From IMG/VR virus record IMGVR_UViG_3300020042_006808: 64,000 nt of DNA; one strand, written 5' to 3'. Under the pieces are notes generated by a model. That model saw nothing but the letters and a program-made list of their open reading frames with translations. It was not told the origin of the DNA and searched no databases. Below are positions 19,422 to 29,203 of the stretch, one piece after another; position 1 is the stretch's first letter; every line of letters begins with the position of its first letter. Origin of the DNA: an uncultured virus (IMG/VR IMGVR_UViG_3300020042_006808). Its lineage: Duplodnaviria > Heunggongvirae > Uroviricota > Caudoviricetes > Crassvirales. The position numbers and the translations under genes were made by a program.

Positions 19422-20516
19422 TTACATTTTTTTTGCGCTGCGAATTCTCAGATTCTTTCCTGAGTCAGGGTTTATCGCTTTCACCTGCATTCCTCCTGTG
19501 AACTTGCCAACCTCTGGAGCTCTACGCTCCGTCATGTTAATGTTCTTTATTTTACGAGTAACATCATCAGTAGCATCTGACAATCCTTGCTCATAAAAGA
19601 ACTTGGCAAACTTTTCAGGGTTCATAGCCATGGCTAGTGACCTGTGGTATCCCGATGCGTCTTTAACCATTCCGCTTTCGTCCAAGAATTTGTTTATAAA
19701 ATTCTGTGGGGTAGACTGAATGTTTTTTAACTCATTGGCATCTCCCGGTGAAAACATGATTTTCTTATCGTTGATGTTGAACTCAAATCCCTTGAAATCT
19801 TTACTAAAGACCTCATCGGTTTTTTGGTCAAACCATCTACGCTTTCTATTAGTTTCCTCCTCTATAGTCTTCGCCTCTTTAACATATTGCTTATAGCTTT
19901 CGTAAATTTCTTTTTCTTCATTAGGAACAAATGCCGAACTTGACTCAAGTGGCACGTTATATTTTTCCTTCTGAGCGTTAAAGTATTTCTTGGCCTCAGC
20001 AATTATTTTTTTTCTAGCAATCTTAACTTTCTTAACGGTAGACTCATCATCTAAATCTTCATCAAATGAATAGTCATCCATTAAAGCTTCAATATCCTCA
20101 CTGTCTAATCCTTCTTGAGTAGACGTAAGGTAATCTTTAAGAAGTTGTTCGGGACTCATTACATCGAAGTCTTTCTTCAATTGCAAGAAATCCTCAAATC
20201 CACGTCCTGTTTCTTTTTTATATTTCAAATAAGCAGCTACATCATCAGGAAGAGGCTCTGCGTTATTACGCTCAGAAACCAAATCATCAAGAGAATTTAT
20301 CTGCTTGTTATATCTTTTACCAAGGTATGAAAGAACGTCCTCATCTTTTAAATTAAGTCCGACAGGCTCCGGCTCTTCAATAGAGTTTCCATTACCTGAT
20401 GAAAAGTTATCGTCATTACTTTCTAATGACTGCTCATGCTTTTCAATCAATTCATTTTCTAACTCTCTTACCCCTTTAGGCTCGATAGCATCTAGTGCCC
20501 TTACTTTAATTTCCAT
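19422..20516 (-). CDS. Capsid scaffolding protein
   Basis: Acidic, helical 364-aa ORF between portal and major capsid genes. Confidence 0.65.
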   Translation of the reverse strand: MEIKVRALDAIEPKGVRELENELIEKHEQSLESNDDNFSSGNGNSIEEPEPVGLNLKDEDVLSYLGKRYNKQINSLDDLVSERNNAEPLPDDVAAYLKYKKETGRGFEDFLQLKKDFDVMSPEQLLKDYLTSTQEGLDSEDIEALMDDYSFDEDLDDESTVKKVKIARKKIIAEAKKYFNAQKEKYNVPLESSSAFVPNEEKEIYESYKQYVKEAKTIEEETNRKRRWFDQKTDEVFSKDFKGFEFNINDKKIMFSPGDANELKNIQSTPQNFINKFLDESGMVKDASGYHRSLAMAMNPEKFAKFFYEQGLSDATDDVTRKIKNINMTERRAPEVGKFTGGMQVKAINPDSGKNLRIRSAKKM

Positions 20517-20562
20517 TTTATTAGATTTTATTTTTACAAACTTAATTAATTATTTTAACATT

Positions 20563-22998
20563 TTATCGAGGCTCAAATTCTGCCAAATCAAAGCCATCCA
20601 AACTGTCTTCGTTTGATTCAAAATTTAATGGAGGAAGATTATTTTTCCTTTGGTTAATTAATTTTGATTGCTCTGTGTTCTGCTGACTAATTCTTTTACC
20701 CTTGGCATCTTCTTTCATTTTATCTCGCTGATTAAAGTCCTGAATCTCCATGCCTCTTATCTGAAGGTTATAGTTAAACTCTTCTCTCATTAACTGAGAT
20801 TTTAGCACAGCCTCATTTTTACTCTTCTCAATATCAAATGCAACCTCAGCTTGCTTTATTTGCATTTTAGCTTGAGTCTCCATTTGTATAGTTTGCTTGG
20901 CAGTTTCTGCTGCCAACTGCTGAGACTGCATTTGTTGCTGAGCAATCATGGCCTGCTTCTGCATAGCCATTTTCTCTTCACGCTCTTGAGTTCTAGTTCT
21001 CTTTAGCTTTAACAATTGATTGGCAAGTTTCAAGTTACGAATCTCACGAATATCAATTGCGTCCTCAAGGTTAATATCTCCTTTAGACAAAGCCATTTGA
21101 ATATTAGCCTCAAGCTGAGCCCTCTGCTCTTCATCAGGAGAAATCTCAATGAATATGCCAAAGTCATAAATATACAAGTCCTTAATCTCATTAAGGATTG
21201 ATACGTTATACTTTCCTATTTGATTAGCAAACTCATCGGCAAAGTCAGAGTACTCTAGTATGTCAGCTACTCTGTATGTCAATGCTTCTGACATTGACCT
21301 AAACATATAGATAGACCCATCAAGGATGTGTCTTGTCGCTGTGTTTGAATTGAGTGCCGCCAACTTCTGTAGACCAACCAAAGAGTTCGGGTCAGGCATC
21401 GAACCATCTCTTGCCTCATTAAGTCCTGTTACAGACCTAATCATATCAATGTAATGGTTCATGTTAGTAATCAACATCTGCGTTTTAGCAGAGCCTGAGT
21501 TGGATGTAAGCTGCTGAATAGGAACTCTAGCATTATTAAATTCACCATCCTGTGTATAGCTACGCCCAATAACACTACCAGTTTGAAAGTATAGTCGTAA
21601 GGCATCCTCAGGATTATAGGCATTGCCTGTTCCCAAGTCAATTTCATTTAATCCATCGGCATCAATAAATACACCATCAGGAACTGTACGTGCAATAACC
21701 TGCTGTAGTTTTAAGTGGGTGACTTGAATCAAATCCGCAAAAGGAATCATCCTTCTACACAATGACTCAATAGACCCTTTATACATACGAGGAGCGCAGG
21801 CCACATAGTTTGGAAGAGCGTGTTGCGATGCTGAAGTTGGACGAACCATGTTCTCAGACATCCTCCATTGCAACAACATATTAGTACCCATTACCATGAT
21901 ACCTTCGTACCATACGTCAATGGTCTTCTCAATCTTCTCAAAGGTACCTTCCTCCATCATTTCTGCAGGAGGATTAAAGGTGTCATCTTTCTCAATTACT
22001 CTAGAGCCACCACCTTCAAAATTCTTTTTCTTATAGACAATCTTTTTAGTAGTCTTATAATTGAAGTACAACAACGTGCAGGTGTCCCTATAAAACATAC
22101 TGTTTTCATAGAACTGTGCCACATTATAGTAGTCATACCAAGACTGACTGTACTGCGTTATTTGCTGTAAGTCTTCGTTGGTGAGCGATTGGTCAATCTT
22201 CATTAGCTCACCAATAGGAAGAGTCTTTATTTCTCCCCAATAAAAACAATCCTTAAAGAATGGGTCTTCAGTATAACTGTAGACCACATTAGCTGGGTCT
22301 ACATAAGAAATCTTAACTCCTGCTCCTTGAAGAAACTCATGCTTAGCTATACCAATTCCAATTACAGTTAAATCATAGTCTATTCTTTTTCTGATGTCAT
22401 CGTAATGATTCTCATCAAAGATTGTGTTGATGGCTTCTTCCTCAGCAATCTCAATAGCAGGCTTATAGTTAAGCTGCATGAAAAGTGATAGCTCATCATC
22501 TGTTTGAGGTAGTTGGTCAGGCTCCATCATAAAAGGATTCGCCCCTGACTCCTCTTGAATAATTTCAAGTACAGGCTTTGCTATCATCTGACCTTCAATC
22601 AGGTCCTGATATTTACTCCTCTTTGCTTGAGACATAGCATCTTGAGCGTATGCCTTAACCTTGAATAAACGGTCAGACATACCATTGACAACTACATCAA
22701 TAAATTTCGGAATAATAGGAACAGGAGTCCAATCTAAATTTAGATAAGACAAGTCTCCATCAATTGCTAACTCATTTTTATATTTACCAATCGGCTGTTC
22801 GCCTCTTGCGTATAATCTTAATCTGCGAAAATCTTGCCATTGTCCATAGTACCTACATGAGTTCCCGTCCTTACGAAACCACTCATATTGTATAGCTTGA
22901 CCTATTTGTAAACCAAAGGTATCAGATGCCTTCTCAGCATCCGTAGCTATTTGACTAGGAAAAGACACTGAATTAATTTGGATTGTTATATTCTTCAT
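20563..22998 (-). CDS. Portal protein
   Basis: 811 aa, immediately downstream of terminase; LDWTPVPIIPKFIDVVVNG motif and C-terminal Gln-rich coiled coil (barrel). Confidence 0.8.
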   Translation of the reverse strand: MKNITIQINSVSFPSQIATDAEKASDTFGLQIGQAIQYEWFRKDGNSCRYYGQWQDFRRLRLYARGEQPIGKYKNELAIDGDLSYLNLDWTPVPIIPKFIDVVVNGMSDRLFKVKAYAQDAMSQAKRSKYQDLIEGQMIAKPVLEIIQEESGANPFMMEPDQLPQTDDELSLFMQLNYKPAIEIAEEEAINTIFDENHYDDIRKRIDYDLTVIGIGIAKHEFLQGAGVKISYVDPANVVYSYTEDPFFKDCFYWGEIKTLPIGELMKIDQSLTNEDLQQITQYSQSWYDYYNVAQFYENSMFYRDTCTLLYFNYKTTKKIVYKKKNFEGGGSRVIEKDDTFNPPAEMMEEGTFEKIEKTIDVWYEGIMVMGTNMLLQWRMSENMVRPTSASQHALPNYVACAPRMYKGSIESLCRRMIPFADLIQVTHLKLQQVIARTVPDGVFIDADGLNEIDLGTGNAYNPEDALRLYFQTGSVIGRSYTQDGEFNNARVPIQQLTSNSGSAKTQMLITNMNHYIDMIRSVTGLNEARDGSMPDPNSLVGLQKLAALNSNTATRHILDGSIYMFRSMSEALTYRVADILEYSDFADEFANQIGKYNVSILNEIKDLYIYDFGIFIEISPDEEQRAQLEANIQMALSKGDINLEDAIDIREIRNLKLANQLLKLKRTRTQEREEKMAMQKQAMIAQQQMQSQQLAAETAKQTIQMETQAKMQIKQAEVAFDIEKSKNEAVLKSQLMREEFNYNLQIRGMEIQDFNQRDKMKEDAKGKRISQQNTEQSKLINQRKNNLPPLNFESNEDSLDGFDLAEFEPR

Positions 22999-25900
22999 TT
23001 GTCCAATTGACTTATTACCCCTTCGTTCTTATATTTAGCGAAGTTAATAATTAATTTCGATTCTTTTTTTTCAGGAATGTAGAGGTGTTTTTGATTCGCC
23101 ATGATGGCCAGCCCTGAGCTAATACAAGCATCAAATTTAGTTCTATCGTTTATGTCAAACTTAGCCCAGTCTTCAAGCGTTCTTGTAAAAGGCATCGTGC
23201 CCATCAAATCAGCTTCTCTGTATTTCCCTTCTAAATCTAGACCTACAAATTTCTCAATGTAAGACTCGATTGCCGATGCGTGTGATTGCTTCACATCCTC
23301 AGATGAGTTGGGTATTCCGCCTAACTCTCGTTCAGTCTTTGTCAGTTTAGCAAACTGTTTGTCCGGTCTGTTAATTGAAAAACCTCTGTAGCCCCTGTTC
23401 TTTAAATGATACAGCAACCTTGGCTTATTGTTTTCTACCAAGATAGGCATCCCATAAAACACACAAGCCATCAGTACTTCTTCAAAAAATATCTCAGCAG
23501 TTTGAGGTCTTGCAATATACTCTAGAAAAAACTCATTTACAGGAGCATCGTCCATGTGAAACTTAGTCATTCCATGTAACGCTCCGTTAGAACCACGTCC
23601 GCCAACCACAGCAGATATGTCGTATGAATCACATCCAAATGACCCAAGATGTTCATTGCCGGGGTAGTTAATTCCATTACGTACGTGAACATTGTTTTGC
23701 ATATGTTTAGGTGGTGCCCAGCTCATAATAAATCTACCTCTTTGGTCGGGAGTCCAAATCACCTGAGTGTCTTTAATTCCATCTTTCCATGAGAAGGACC
23801 CTCTAGTAATATAGTGCTCCTTAATCATTGAGTCATTGTAATCAATCTGCTGATATATCTTAGTCAGATTAAATATGGATGACTTACTCTCGTCTCTAAA
23901 TGCGTGAGACTCTGTGCGTGGAAACTGACGATAAAATTCATTCAATGCATCTGCATCACTCTTCAATGAATCAACCTCAGCATCCCAATAGTCTATTGCA
24001 CCATTGTTAATTAGATTCCCGTCAACGCCTTTTATAGGGGCTGTGGGCTTCTTAAATACAGGGTGACCATAGATGTCAATGAAGCCTTCCATGTTCCACT
24101 CCATGGGAACAAATAGGGCGTACAGCCCGCTCTTGGTTTGACCGTTAGCGTTCCTGTATTTTACGTTTGAGTCTTCGTAAATGTCTTTATAGTTCTGTCC
24201 ACCTTTTGAAAGCGCATTGGATGTTGAACCCATCATACACTTGCCAATAATCTTACTACCTAATCGTAGACAGGTTTTGGTTACACGCCAATTCTCTTTG
24301 ATGTTTACAGGCTTTGTCCATTTTGCACTATTCATACTTATCGTGAAGTCTGAAAGAATTAACTTTCTTTCATCATCATTTTCAGCATCTACTTGTATGC
24401 CAACATAATCTCCTTTATCAAGATACTCGACTGATACTTTGTTTCGTCTTCCTCTAGAAATAGGCCTATAACCTTCAAACGATTTCTTTTTTGTTATTAA
24501 GGGTATTCTTGATAATTCTCCTGACAAACCTATTCTATAAACATCAGTATCATAATTAGATTTAGAATGCTTAACATTACTACAGCCTATCCCACAAGAA
24601 AGAGCAAGTATTCTAATTTGGTCTACCAAATCTTTTTTACTCATTCCAATTGAAATTACACCTTTTTTCTTATCAGAATATCCATCTGTTTCAATTAAAC
24701 CTGCTAGTAATTGAAGTCTTGATTCAATTGAAGACTTCATATATTGCTCAGGGATATGCTTGTTGTTATAAACACCTATGTCTCTTAACGATTTATTGAT
24801 ACCTTTAAATGCAAACTCGACAATTTTTAAAGAATCAGATTTTTTTAATTCAAAAGGAATTTTTTTTATTTGAGCAATCATGCCAAGATAATGAAGTAAT
24901 TCAGGCTCTTCCTCTTTGTTAACCAATATAGTAAATGCCTGCTTTCTTCCATCTCCTAACCATAAGCCAAGCAAATAAGGTGGCATACCTTCAAATTTAT
25001 CAGACATTTCAATTCCTTTAGAGACAGCTCTTGTTAGGTGTTGTCTAATAAAAGATGATTTACCTAAGTATTCTTTAGGGGTCATTATAACTTCTTCGTG
25101 TCTTTTGCTTTTCTTTTTTGCATTAAAAATGTACCTATTAAATACTAATCGGTGGTTTTCTGTTACAATATAATCTTGACCGTGCGGTTGCTTAACTAAA
25201 TATCTATCTGTTTGACCTGATACTTTTTTCATTACGGTTCTAATCTTTCCTCCTTCAACAATTACTTTATCTCCAACATTAATATCTTTGATAGGTTTAA
25301 ACTCAAATTTTTCAGTAAGAATTAAAGTGTCAGGAGCATAGCATTCGTCATGGGCCAAGAACAATAGCTTCTCACCATCGTATGAGTTGTCTTCAGTATT
25401 CTTCCAATCTATTGATGTATCAAGACCATCGACATCAGTATCGTCAGTCTCGTACATATTCTTCTTTGTAATCTTTGCTGCTGGAACCCTGTATGCCAAC
25501 TCAGTCTTTGGCTTGTCCATGCCATCCATGATGGGCTTAAAGAAGAACGGAAGACGGCTATTGATTGGAACGACCTTATCTGTAAACATCTTCTTCGCAT
25601 CAGCACCTGTCTTTGACAAGATGCCTATACGTGCATCACGGGCAAGAGTGCCTATGTTAACACATTCAGATGAAGACATAAATGAAAATCCTGAACGTCT
25701 AATCTTTAGATATATCATTCCGAAGCTTCTATTGTCTGCACGACAGGCTTCCCAAAATATCCAATAGATTCGATTCGCTTCTCTAAAGTCAGGATAGCCA
25801 ACGTCAATGCTGGACCACTGTAGGTACATATAATGAGAACCTGTGATGTAGGTCTTTACCCCATTGTTCATATACCAAAACCCCTGTTCTCTTCGGTCAA

Positions 25901-26258
25901 ACTCCTGCTCAATGTAATCTACCCATTGGTCTTTAAACTCCTTTGGCTTTTCATTCCATTGAAATATAGATTGAATCCTAAATAATTCTCTTGGCAATTC
26001 TTCTCTCTCCCAGTGCTGCTCAGATTTAGATTCGTGTCTTTGATGACACTTTTCAGGAGCAGGAGGAAGAGCTATTTTTAATCCTGATATTTCTACCACC
26101 TGCCCTATCTTACCGCTCTTAGATATTACAATAACATCGTATTGCTCATTATACCCGTACAGCCAAGACATCACTCTATTCTTATTAGAGATAACTGCAG
26201 GAGGAATGTAATCCTTTACTACCCTACACAGACTATTGTTTTGACCTTCGCTCTGCAA
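22995..26258 (-). CDS. terL: Terminase large subunit containing an intein
   Basis: Walker A-like LKIRRSGFS, Walker B FLAHDE, coupling motif MGSTSN, RNase H-like nuclease GCDSYD...FDACISSGLA. Confidence 0.9.
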   Translation of the reverse strand: MQSEGQNNSLCRVVKDYIPPAVISNKNRVMSWLYGYNEQYDVIVISKSGKIGQVVEISGLKIALPPAPEKCHQRHESKSEQHWEREELPRELFRIQSIFQWNEKPKEFKDQWVDYIEQEFDRREQGFWYMNNGVKTYITGSHYMYLQWSSIDVGYPDFREANRIYWIFWEACRADNRSFGMIYLKIRRSGFSFMSSSECVNIGTLARDARIGILSKTGADAKKMFTDKVVPINSRLPFFFKPIMDGMDKPKTELAYRVPAAKITKKNMYETDDTDVDGLDTSIDWKNTEDNSYDGEKLLFLAHDECYAPDTLILTEKFEFKPIKDINVGDKVIVEGGKIRTVMKKVSGQTDRYLVKQPHGQDYIVTENHRLVFNRYIFNAKKKSKRHEEVIMTPKEYLGKSSFIRQHLTRAVSKGIEMSDKFEGMPPYLLGLWLGDGRKQAFTILVNKEEEPELLHYLGMIAQIKKIPFELKKSDSLKIVEFAFKGINKSLRDIGVYNNKHIPEQYMKSSIESRLQLLAGLIETDGYSDKKKGVISIGMSKKDLVDQIRILALSCGIGCSNVKHSKSNYDTDVYRIGLSGELSRIPLITKKKSFEGYRPISRGRRNKVSVEYLDKGDYVGIQVDAENDDERKLILSDFTISMNSAKWTKPVNIKENWRVTKTCLRLGSKIIGKCMMGSTSNALSKGGQNYKDIYEDSNVKYRNANGQTKSGLYALFVPMEWNMEGFIDIYGHPVFKKPTAPIKGVDGNLINNGAIDYWDAEVDSLKSDADALNEFYRQFPRTESHAFRDESKSSIFNLTKIYQQIDYNDSMIKEHYITRGSFSWKDGIKDTQVIWTPDQRGRFIMSWAPPKHMQNNVHVRNGINYPGNEHLGSFGCDSYDISAVVGGRGSNGALHGMTKFHMDDAPVNEFFLEYIARPQTAEIFFEEVLMACVFYGMPILVENNKPRLLYHLKNRGYRGFSINRPDKQFAKLTKTERELGGIPNSSEDVKQSHASAIESYIEKFVGLDLEGKYREADLMGTMPFTRTLEDWAKFDINDRTKFDACISSGLAIMANQKHLYIPEKKESKLIINFAKYKNEGVISQLDK
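24330..25343 (-). mobile_element. 338-aa intein with a LAGLIDADG homing endonuclease
   Basis: Starts C(YAPDTLIL) right after the Walker B DE; block B VTENHRL; PYLLGLWLGDG and LLAGLIETDG; ends TISMN followed by extein Ser. Confidence 0.9.
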
Positions 26259-26514
26259 ACCCTTGTTTGGTATCTGTTCTACTTATGCCTTTATCAATTG
26301 AATCTAAGTTCTCCTTCTCCGATTCTATTCTGTTTAGAATCTCAAAGGCATCGAATATAGCTAACTTTTTTGTAGCAGCTGCATTCTTTAATCTATCAGC
26401 AGCAAGTTCACCCTCCTCATCCTTACTTTTTACAACGCACTCCTCAGCAACTTTGATTAACTCATCAACAGCCTTGTACCCTGCAGCAATAATTCTGAGC
26501 TTTATGTCTTTCAT
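26233..26514 (-). CDS. Putative terminase small subunit
   Basis: 93-aa helical ORF overlapping the start of terL. Confidence 0.45.
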   Translation of the reverse strand: MKDIKLRIIAAGYKAVDELIKVAEECVVKSKDEEGELAADRLKNAAATKKLAIFDAFEILNRIESEKENLDSIDKGISRTDTKQGFAERRSKQ

Positions 26515-27167
26515 TTCAAACTTTTTAACATCTCAATCATTTTGGGATGTGGATATATGTCAGTCTTATCCTTGCGAACAGAGTTGTGAGTAAATATACC
26601 CGGCTCACCTTTTAGTGCTCTTGCTGAAATATCCCAAATATCTTCGTTGTAATCTAATGGAATGCCATAACGCTTGTTCCATAACAACAACAACTCCCTA
26701 ACTGATTCTATCTGAGCGTCAGTATAGTCGTGGAAATAAGTAAATCCTTTGTATGGTTTGTCTAGTTTAATAATGCCATCAGTCATTTCTCTACCAACGT
26801 AGTTATAAAACTTTCCATTCACCTGCTTTAATGTTCCCCAATTGCATATCTCAATCCCTATACTATTTTTGTCCAACTGCTTGTAAGGAATCTTACTGTT
26901 AGTAAAAATACTTTTCTGTAGTCCTAGATGGTATGCCCAATACTTAGAGCTAAAGCCCTGAACAATCTGACCATCTACACATCCTTTTCCTATACCTGAT
27001 ATAGACACACAAGTAGCTACTCTTTCTGAGTTAGAGGACCACCAAGCAAATGTTCCAACACCATTTGGATTGCCTGCGGTATGATGCAAGTACACCTGAG
27101 TCTTTGGATGCTCTTCGCTTAGATATTGATTGAAGGGAAAATCTACCTGTATTATGTTCATATTCAT
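26511..27167 (-). CDS. N-acetylmuramoyl-L-alanine amidase (endolysin, Amidase_2 family)
   Basis: YLHHTAG, WAYHLG, SIGIEIC, YTDAQIESV and THNSV...KTD Zn-amidase motifs. Confidence 0.85.
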   Translation of the reverse strand: MNMNIIQVDFPFNQYLSEEHPKTQVYLHHTAGNPNGVGTFAWWSSNSERVATCVSISGIGKGCVDGQIVQGFSSKYWAYHLGLQKSIFTNSKIPYKQLDKNSIGIEICNWGTLKQVNGKFYNYVGREMTDGIIKLDKPYKGFTYFHDYTDAQIESVRELLLLWNKRYGIPLDYNEDIWDISARALKGEPGIFTHNSVRKDKTDIYPHPKMIEMLKSLK

Positions 27168-27637
27168 TTTAATTTTAAGAAAGCAACCTGAATTAATCTA
27201 GACGACTCGTCTTCTCCAAAGTTTTCGAATATGTTTCTAGAATGCAATAGGTTTGATTCAAAGGCAACCATCCGATTAAATTTAGAATACACCCTGATTA
27301 AGGGCTTCTTCTCTTCATCGTATATCGTTGTCCCGTCTTCACTTGGAGACAGCTCATTCAAATACAATATGCACGTTAAGTCTCCCATCATCTCATCGCT
27401 ATGGATAAAATTAGGCTCCTGCTGATTCAATGGGGACTTTCTTACGAAGTTAAGCTCTAGCGTATAATCAGGGAATAGTTCAGTAACAAATTTGGCAAAG
27501 TCATCGTTACCATCTCTAGGTTGTATGTTTCTGAATACGTGCTGCTTATCTGCCACATCTTGGAATCCGTGTAAGTGAATGTCTGATACATAATCTTTTG
27601 GATTGTTTAATACGTTGTCAAATGTTATTACGCTCAT
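27164..27637 (-). CDS. 2OG-Fe(II) oxygenase-like protein
   Basis: HSD...ILYLN...GT...FNRMVAF...HSR...RLIQVAF matches the HxD...H...R facial-triad pattern. Confidence 0.75.
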   Translation of the reverse strand: MSVITFDNVLNNPKDYVSDIHLHGFQDVADKQHVFRNIQPRDGNDDFAKFVTELFPDYTLELNFVRKSPLNQQEPNFIHSDEMMGDLTCILYLNELSPSEDGTTIYDEEKKPLIRVYSKFNRMVAFESNLLHSRNIFENFGEDESSRLIQVAFLKLK

Positions 27638-28197
27638 AATTTGATTGTTATTTGATGGTCATACATTCGATAAAGCTTTTCCTCATCCACAGTAAACTCG
27701 TATTCACTGTCAGGACTAAAGCAAACCAAGTCTCCTTCCTTGATTCCTTGCGTTGAGAGGTACTCATTCGGGTACTTCATAATGCCCATCAAGGGCTCTT
27801 CTGAGAAAGGTTTTTTGATGTAGCTTTCTGTGGCTGCTATTGGCTTAACAAAGCAGTAGCGGTCATAGGAGTACCACTTATCATCACGTTTGTACATGAA
27901 GAACTGCTCAGTTTCTATAAAAAATAAATCATCCTTAAAGAATGACTTTCCGCTTTTCTGTCTACCCTTCATGTCATTATAAAACTTAAAGACATTGTGG
28001 TGAACTAGAAGTATGTCGCCAATTTCTATTGGCCCCTTATATTGCAATGGAAGCTCAACGACTTGCGCAAAACGATTAGAGAACTTGTGGTCCTCTTCAG
28101 AGGTACTAACAATAAAATCAATTCCTCCTATCTCTTTGGTGTTGTCGTACCGCTTTCCATTCACAGGTTTTGCTATGAAATAGAACGGAGACCTCAT
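27634..28197 (-). CDS. GroES-like (co-chaperonin-fold) protein, probably two domains
   Basis: Two GroES-like halves (IEIGDILLVHH; IKEGDLVCF...EFTVDEEKLYRM). Confidence 0.5.
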   Translation of the reverse strand: MRSPFYFIAKPVNGKRYDNTKEIGGIDFIVSTSEEDHKFSNRFAQVVELPLQYKGPIEIGDILLVHHNVFKFYNDMKGRQKSGKSFFKDDLFFIETEQFFMYKRDDKWYSYDRYCFVKPIAATESYIKKPFSEEPLMGIMKYPNEYLSTQGIKEGDLVCFSPDSEYEFTVDEEKLYRMYDHQITIKL

Positions 28198-28424
28198 TAG
28201 ATATTGATGTTATATTCAATAGAAACGGGAATGGTAGAGTTAAACTCTTTCCAAAGTACTATCTCTAACTTGTCGTTTATAATGAAGATTTGAATAGAAT
28301 TTTTATCAGAGTTAACTCTGATTAAATGGATTTCGTTGCTATCACCTAGAACCTTCTGCCCTACGAGGTAGTGCATAGCACCACCTTTGTAGTCAGGCCC
28401 TATTGATATTTTACGAATTTCCAT
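28197..28424 (-). CDS. Conserved hypothetical phage protein
   Basis: 75-aa ORF translationally coupled on both sides. Confidence 0.6.
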   Translation of the reverse strand: MEIRKISIGPDYKGGAMHYLVGQKVLGDSNEIHLIRVNSDKNSIQIFIINDKLEIVLWKEFNSTIPVSIEYNINI

Positions 28425-28822
28425 TACAGTTCTTCTTCCTGCTCTTCAATAAATGGAATCCCTGTAGTCCAATCCTGAAGGAATAAGAATCCCTCTAGAC
28501 CTTTTGTATTGATAACTTCAATAGGCTTGAAATCAAATTCCTTCTCATTCAAGTCTTGAATGTTTTTGGTTAGGTTTTTAATCCCATCCTTAGTGAATTT
28601 GTATTCTCCCTTCTCATCTACTAATAAGATTCCCTTGTCATCAGTTGCTGCGTTATCCAATCGTAACTCATCACGCTGAGCGTTATAGGACTCATGGTGA
28701 GCCTTGAACTTCTCGTAGATTTTTACAAGCTTCTGCTGAACTTTTGTTTCTTTACCACCAATGACAGCGTTGATTGATGCCACTAGCACGTTGAGGTCCT
28801 TGTACTTTTTCTTGATTTCCAT
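28424..28822 (-). CDS. Hypothetical protein
   Basis: 132-aa ORF in the operon with an A-rich leader. Confidence 0.6.
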   Translation of the reverse strand: MEIKKKYKDLNVLVASINAVIGGKETKVQQKLVKIYEKFKAHHESYNAQRDELRLDNAATDDKGILLVDEKGEYKFTKDGIKNLTKNIQDLNEKEFDFKPIEVINTKGLEGFLFLQDWTTGIPFIEEQEEEL

Positions 28823-28858
28823 ATTTGATTTAATTTAAGTTTCGTAAAACTAAGCAAT

Positions 28859-29203
28859 CTATACTTCTTCTGCAATAGCCTCTTCAACAATAGGAGTAGG
28901 CTCAGGAGTAGGCTCAGGTGGCACAGGAGGTACATAGTCACCTGTGATGGTTAGGTTCAGCTGTGCTGCTACCCAGTCATAGGCGTACTCATTTGTCTGC
29001 CATGCTTGATACTCTTCTCCAGTCATAGTCAGATTCCCTTGAGTAAGCTGCTGACCAACTGCTAGGTCTACAGTCTCAGAGAGTAGCTGATAGTAAAATG
29101 TTCCTGAGGTACTTAGATTGTCATTAATGCAATATGCATTTAGAATCTTTGCCTCTAATACTTGTCCGTTGTCCCAGATGGATACGCTTTCAATAGTTTT
29201 CAT
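28859..29203 (-). CDS. Tail fibre-associated protein
   Basis: Overlaps the fibre stop codon; Pro/Glu-rich tail. Confidence 0.5.
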   Translation of the reverse strand: MKTIESVSIWDNGQVLEAKILNAYCINDNLSTSGTFYYQLLSETVDLAVGQQLTQGNLTMTGEEYQAWQTNEYAYDWVAAQLNLTITGDYVPPVPPEPTPEPTPIVEEAIAEEV

